Shown here in pieces: positions 9,452 to 14,768 of a DNA stretch of 14,768 nt. This DNA is from Azolla caroliniana. Its lineage: Eukaryota; Plantae; Polypodiophyta. The translations under genes were made by a program, and so were the position numbers. How positions within the stretch are numbered: the first letter of the stretch is position 1; every line of letters starts with the position of its first letter. The notes beneath the pieces were generated by a model. That model saw only the letters and a list, made by a program, of their open reading frames with translations, ran no database searches and had not been told where the DNA came from. The stretch spans positions 1 through 14,768 of the forward strand of contig JBHGNT010000842.1 of the NCBI GenBank assembly GCA_043228905.1. Reading direction: 5' to 3'.

Positions 9452-10384
9452 TTATATTACAAAATGTATATTGCTCTTGTTTGTAGTGTGGCTATGCACA
9501 TCTAGAAGGACCATTCTATTTGTTATAAGAGCCTTGATTATACTTTCAACATGAGATTTTAGTGTGGCAAGGCTAGAGGTCAAACCCCAACAACAAACTC
9601 GTAGTGATTCAGACAAATCTCGGAGGCCTGGCTTTAATGCATGATGAAGTGTAATAGTAGAAGATGCTCTCGTCTTCTTAGCGTTAATGGTCAGAATTTC
9701 ATCTATCTTTGCTTGCAAAGACCTTACAATCACCTTTGTATGCTTCCATTCTATGAGGAGTGCATTTGGTCTACCTTTTGTCTTCATCTTGTGTTGTTGA
9801 AATCGTCTTCCAGATGACCATATTGATGAGAGTGTGAACATGGACATCCATTGCCCGATATATTTGATCATAACAAAGTTTCTCTTGAAGTCTAAATCTT
9901 GATCTTTAATCAAGAGATTCTTTTTCTCTCCAAATTTCTTGTGTCCCTGCAATATTGGGCCTTTCTTCATTATCGATGTGAAATGCTCAAGCTTTCTTCG
10001 AGTCGAACTTTTTTTGTTTAACTTAGACTCTAGTTGATCAAATTTGCACTTGTGGAGCTCATTTTGAGCCCTTCTAAGTTGTGTCTCCCCAGTGTAATTA
10101 GCATTATCTAGGACAAAGAGGGCTAGTTCTACATGCTTATGATATTGTTGGATTTCATCAATCGAATCTCGCAAATTGTAGCATATGTCAAGGAGCTTGA
10201 ATATAGTGAACTCATCCATCATATAGTAATGTTGGTTATGAGCTAATTGCCCATTCGAACATTGATTGATGTGCTTTGGGATATTCATGAATGGCTCCTT
10301 GTAGAGTTGAGGGAAGAAGTAAGAGGAGCTATGGAAGGAACCACCAATTAGAGAAGCAAAATTAATGGTTGAGCTACTACTCAT
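9452..10384 (-). CDS. Hypothetical 310-aa protein, intronless, basic, with probable coiled-coil segments (possibly a still-open pseudogene)
   Basis: A 933-nt open frame of ordinary complexity in DNA where other frames close quickly. It has an ATG start and TATATAA about 29 nt upstream. Heptad-like stretches include LRDSIDEIQQYHKHVELAL and LRRAQNELHKCKFDQLESKL. No family is recognised. Confidence 0.6.
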   Translation of the reverse strand: MSSSSTINFASLIGGSFHSSSYFFPQLYKEPFMNIPKHINQCSNGQLAHNQHYYMMDEFTIFKLLDICYNLRDSIDEIQQYHKHVELALFVLDNANYTGETQLRRAQNELHKCKFDQLESKLNKKSSTRRKLEHFTSIMKKGPILQGHKKFGEKKNLLIKDQDLDFKRNFVMIKYIGQWMSMFTLSSIWSSGRRFQQHKMKTKGRPNALLIEWKHTKVIVRSLQAKIDEILTINAKKTRASSTITLHHALKPGLRDLSESLRVCCWGLTSSLATLKSHVESIIKALITNRMVLLDVHSHTTNKSNIHFVI

Positions 10385-10412
10385 GTTAAAGGAAATTGAG
10401 GGGCCTTAGCCC

Positions 10413-10461
10413 TTATATAGCAAACCTCATTTTGGGAAAGTATGTTAGGATGGCTATATAA
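10413..10461. promoter_or_regulatory. Back-to-back TATA boxes (candidate divergent promoter)
   Basis: GCTATATAA lies on the minus strand at 10421..10413 and on the plus strand at 10453..10461. Both are inside the 114-bp gap between ATGs at 10384(-) and 10499(+). Confidence 0.5.
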
Positions 10462-10498
10462 TAAAAGAAAGTTGAAAGGCCAACATTAGAGATAAGAG

Positions 10499-10654
10499 AT
10501 GAGTCATGTAGATAATATTTCATTGGGAGTCTGGACTACTGTTCTCTCATGTGTATAGGTAGCAAAACAATCATCATTAGGTATCATATTTTCCGTACCC
10601 AAAAGGCTAAAATCTCGGCACCTTCTCATATCTAAATATTGCCTTTCCAACTAG
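10499..10654 (+). pseudogene. N-terminal F-box-like relic
   Basis: MSHVDNISLGVWTTVLSCV*VAKQSSLGIIFSVPKRLK resembles the F-box pattern LPxExWxxILSxL...LxxxxxVxKxW/F. It has one internal stop, and the downstream extent is unresolved. Confidence 0.35.
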
Positions 10655-12205
10655 AAAAGTTAATGCATTGATGTTAGGTACCTCATTTATGCACTTTTTA
10701 GCATACACTTGACTCTTTGAGTGTGAAGTGTCCATTTGAGCATGATAGAGTCCATGGGAAGGTCACTCTTGGTAAAGATGAGAGGTCAAGAGTATGTTTT
10801 AACTTGTTATGGATCATTTAATTGATTGTATTCGTACCATTTCCTATATTTGAAGAGCACATTATATAAAAGGATAATACTCAATCGTTTAAGTGTTGCT
10901 AATATCTTTGTCAATTGCTTTGTATATTAATCATGGTTTAAATATCATTCCTTTTTGTTTTTTTGAATTGGGGTTTCATTAATCCTTGATGTAAGTTTCA
11001 AGATCCTCCACATATTTTCGAATTATTTCACCCCTTTTAAATTGTTTCATCCCCATAAGGATTAAATTTGCATTTCATACTTCTATGATCTATCCCTCAT
11101 TAGAATTGAATATCATCATTTCCTCTAATTTATAATGATTTGTAAAATTGGGTTGATTATATTGTTGGATTGACAATCCTTATAACTATAGTTAGATTGT
11201 CTTGGTAGTTCATATGCTTTAATTTAATTTCGAAGCTAATGAATCCCTACAGAGATCATGTTAATATCAATCTTGTTATATCTCAAAGGAAACAATTACT
11301 ATCATCTTTGAATGTTAAAGAGCGTCCAATGTAATAGACCATAGACATTCATAAATTAATAATGTAATGCTAAATATTATGTTTTCTTGTTCAAGTTGTT
11401 CTAGATACTATTATGGGTAAGGTTCACATAGCGTGTTTATGTAAGCATGACCTTAGTTTCCAGAAATGTCCAAATGACCTCTTCTGAAGTAGGAAATAGG
11501 TCTACATTGATTACTCCCCACCTATAAACAAAATGAGCCTCAATTGGTCTTGCCTAACACATTTATTCTTCGTTCTCGATGTGGTGCATAGTTAGAAGTT
11601 GGAACCATAAGCCCCATCAAAATTGTCCGAGGAATTTATGGATGTATGAGATTAGTCCTATTATTTGATGATGAATTGATCAATTCCTTCTATATCAATG
11701 AGAGAATAGCAAAGCCATTTGAAACCTAGTTGGATAGTTAGTATGACTAACTTTAGAGCACATGCATAGATGATTGTATTTTCATCATTGTCCCAATGCC
11801 AAATGTAGACACTTTATAGCATGTTTATTTGTATGTCTACACAAAAGTACCTAAAACTAGAGAGGAAAATCCATGAATTAAAAAGTAATGAAAAGAATCA
11901 TTCTCATCCATAGTAAATCTATACTAAGTGAAATATACTCTAGTATATGTGTTCAAAAATGAAAATGAAAAGCTACTTGTACGTCTTACTCAAAAGGCAA
12001 CTCACAAAAGAAATCTACAATAAATGTAGCATCCCTATATTTTAAAATATGTCTACATTCTTCAAAACACAAGCTACTAAACATCTCACTAATATGATTA
12101 AACTTCATAGTTAATCAAAAAGTTCATGGTATATGCGACTAGATATACATAACAATGTGATGAGAAATTGAGAGAGATTCTATACTATTGAGAAACATGC
12201 CACAT

Positions 12206-12992
12206 CTATATATTTTTTTCCCAAAAACAATTCCACTTCCATTAGTTAAGAAAAAGTACATAGGATAATATACAACTCATATATTACAAGACACTTTGCA
12301 TGGCTACAAGAAAACATGTATAACTGAAGCAACAAAGCCTCAACACAGAATTACTCAACAGAATCCCCACAACATGAGCCTCACACAACCCACATTCAAC
12401 AAAGACACCTCCCAATATCTTCACAATTCAACACCCACCTCTATGTTTGGTACCCTTGGAGGAAACAACCATCAGGGTGGCTAATAAATTCACTTTGCAT
12501 TGCCATCCACCATCTGTAGCATCGGAGAACCTCTCCATTTAAGAAGGAAGCGGTATCTAGCTTCTTCACTCACATCAGAGGAAGGCTATCAAAATTTCCT
12601 TGTAGCGTAGAAATTAGATATAACCTAATCATCATTAAACTCTCAACCGATGGGGTTCGCGTCCCAGTAAATGACTCCTTGCACCTAGGTACCCACAGTT
12701 GCCAAAGAGTAAGGATAGTCACTAAAAACCAAATATCTACGTAACGTTGTTGTATGTAGTATGAACCTCCTTGAATAGCAGGTTGTAAAGAAGGACTATT
12801 TCCATTCCAGCCACGAAACCATGCAGCTGATTCAGTAGCTAACCAAACAACTATTGCACTTGATAACTGAACTTCAACCCCGCATCAAGCCAAAATTCCT
12901 AAGCTCCTCATCCAAACTTCTTAAGCTCGTAGGCAGCTCCACAAACAATGTGTGATGTCCTCCAAACTCGCTCCATAGGCCTTGCAATTACT
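12206..12992 (-). mobile_element. 5'-truncated L1-clade LINE (different subfamily) with degenerate CCHC knuckle, 3' UTR, short poly(A) and TSD
   Basis: The minus strand reads CKAYGASLEDITHCLWSC...TLWQLWVPRCKESF...LQGNFDS...KWRGSPML...PP*WLFPP. T7 is at 12213-12219, and catgccacat is duplicated at 12196-12205 and 12993-13002. Confidence 0.9.
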
Positions 12993-13879
12993 CATGCCAC
13001 ATATTGTTATTCCGATGATTAAGTAATATATTTAGCAATACTAATATTATTAAAGGGAAACCCTAATTTGAGGTAAAATCACACAGAAACCTACAAACTT
13101 TTATTGCTCAAAAACATTCACAATAAGGTTCAAATGATGGTATAGAGTTTCAAGAATTGAAAGCGATCATATGGAGATTAAGAGAGGCATTTGCCCAAGT
13201 ACCACAAAACCCTAAGTTACCCAAATGGTTCATAGTGCCCAAAGTCATGCTTATTGTCTAAGGCAATGGAATATACGAGCATCCTCTTTCAATTAACGAG
13301 GGAGGCCAAACAACCAAAACAAATTTCCAAGTTATGTGCTTGGAAACCCAACTTAGAGATCATCTTTAAGTTTACAAATTTTTGTCATTGGAAAAGTCCA
13401 TAAAAAATGAAGCAATCCTTTCAATACTCTATAAATCTCAAACAAAGAGAATGCCACAAGAACACCCTTTAATTTAGTGAAAAAGATGATTTCTAAATGG
13501 AATCCAATTAGAGGTATACCCAAACAAGATTGACACAAGAGCAACCTTTGTTCGAGTGACAAACAAATTTCTAGCATGTAAACAACTCTAGGCTTCTACC
13601 ATCACTTTGGCATGATTTTCTTGAGAGCATTTCCATGCCCTTGAACCCAAGGAGGTGGAATTAGTAGCACTTAATTGTTATGAATTGATAGTATATTCAT
13701 GCAAACACTTATAATATGATTGGTCTTTAATCGCCAATAAAATAACCTATGTGATGCCTTGGGTGTAAGTGGAAGTAGTTGACTCATCTGTGTGGATGCA
13801 AATTATGATGCATCAGTGCATCTCGGAAGCTTATCACATGCCCATTCTCATTAAACACATTAGAAGTATAATTAATACC

Positions 13880-14768
13880 TCATTTGGCTAAGAAGAATGC
13901 ATTATGTGGTGCCACATGGGCTATAATGAAAAGGGCCTTGGCCGGAAACTCTCACATCTCACGGAGTTATCAATAACGGTGTTGGAGAACTAACAACCAA
14001 TCTCTAACCAATTTGGTGATAAAGGGACACCATTTGATTGGACAATAGAATATGCCAAACCCATTGAAATTTCCCATCAAAAAAGGTAATCAAATATGCA
14101 TTGACATATGAGCTAACGTCTTTGTGCAAGAAACAATTTGTTGGTCTAATGGTGGTAGCAACTTGGCATTCCTCATGAGCATGTGCATGTTTCAGTTCAA
14201 TATCCTAAAAAGTTTAGATGTGCATATCTTTGTCTGTGTTAAAAGTTTTAGGCCTCTATTAGCATCTTTGGAGCACCAAAATTCATTGATCATTTCAGAA
14301 ATTATTTTAACATGTCCTCATCCCAATCATAAGAGGTAAATAGTATTGTAGCTAAACTATCAATATTGTTAAGTGAACATGTAATGGCCAAGTGACCATT
14401 TTCTAATAAGTCAACCTTTTCATACTCTTTTCAAAGCAAATTCAACTTCTTTTTTCCCAATTACATTCTAACCAAGGGGTAACCAAAATTATTTTATTTG
14501 GCCAAATATGTGCATGCCAATCATATAAGCGTAATGATAAGAGTACTGATTTAGCAAAGTTGACTACAACATCCATTACTTTTTGCATATGTTTTTTTTT
14601 TCCAACAATGGTTTATGTTATGTCTAAAGTGATTTAAATCATACATTGACACTTCCAAATCTTCTTAACAACTTCATCATGGATATTTTATCTTTTTCAA
14701 CTGTGCTTAGGCTGCCACAAACATTCATTAGTGCACCACATTCTGCATACATAGTTTTTCCATATGTT
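13880..14768 (-). pseudogene. Decayed gene with a candidate 2OG-Fe(II) dioxygenase (TET/JBP-like) C-terminal region; 5' part beyond the window
   Basis: The minus frame reads CFLHKDVSSYVNAYLITFFDGKFQWVWHILLSNQMVSLYHQIG*RLVVSS, with HKD at 14126..14118. The distal His and Arg can only be placed with frameshifts. Confidence 0.3.

Noticed and set aside
12296-12484. 62-aa plus-strand ORF
   Set aside because: It is antisense to the LINE ORF2 end and the GT-rich 3' UTR.
13058-13215. Two AAACCCTAA telo-box motifs (13058-13066, 13207-13215)
   Set aside because: These are isolated copies with no telomeric array and no intact downstream gene, and could be chance occurrences in AT-rich DNA.

Overview
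This is an AT-rich, CpG-poor eukaryotic window that looks like methylated plant heterochromatin. The L1-type LINE remnants suggest a moss such as Physcomitrium, which is an inference. Younger insertions are well supported: four L1-clade LINE ORF2 3' fragments (two with poly(A) tails and target-site duplications, one with a likely 5' inversion) and a 751-bp TG...CA solo LTR with a 5-bp TSD. They sit in an older, densely packed block of apparently intronless genes that are mostly decayed. That block contains three diverged paralogous minus-strand pseudogenes with Josephin-like (papain-fold deubiquitinase) motif remnants and a 3 x ~160-bp repeat carrying a 19-bp palindrome. It also has one still-open 310-aa orphan ORF that shares a compact divergent TATA pair with an F-box-like relic, and a decayed HxD-type (TET/JBP-like) dioxygenase candidate at the right end. 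The working hypothesis is a relic of an endogenous large DNA virus or giant mobile element. All protein-family calls for the old block come from hand-read degenerate motifs and need HMM confirmation.
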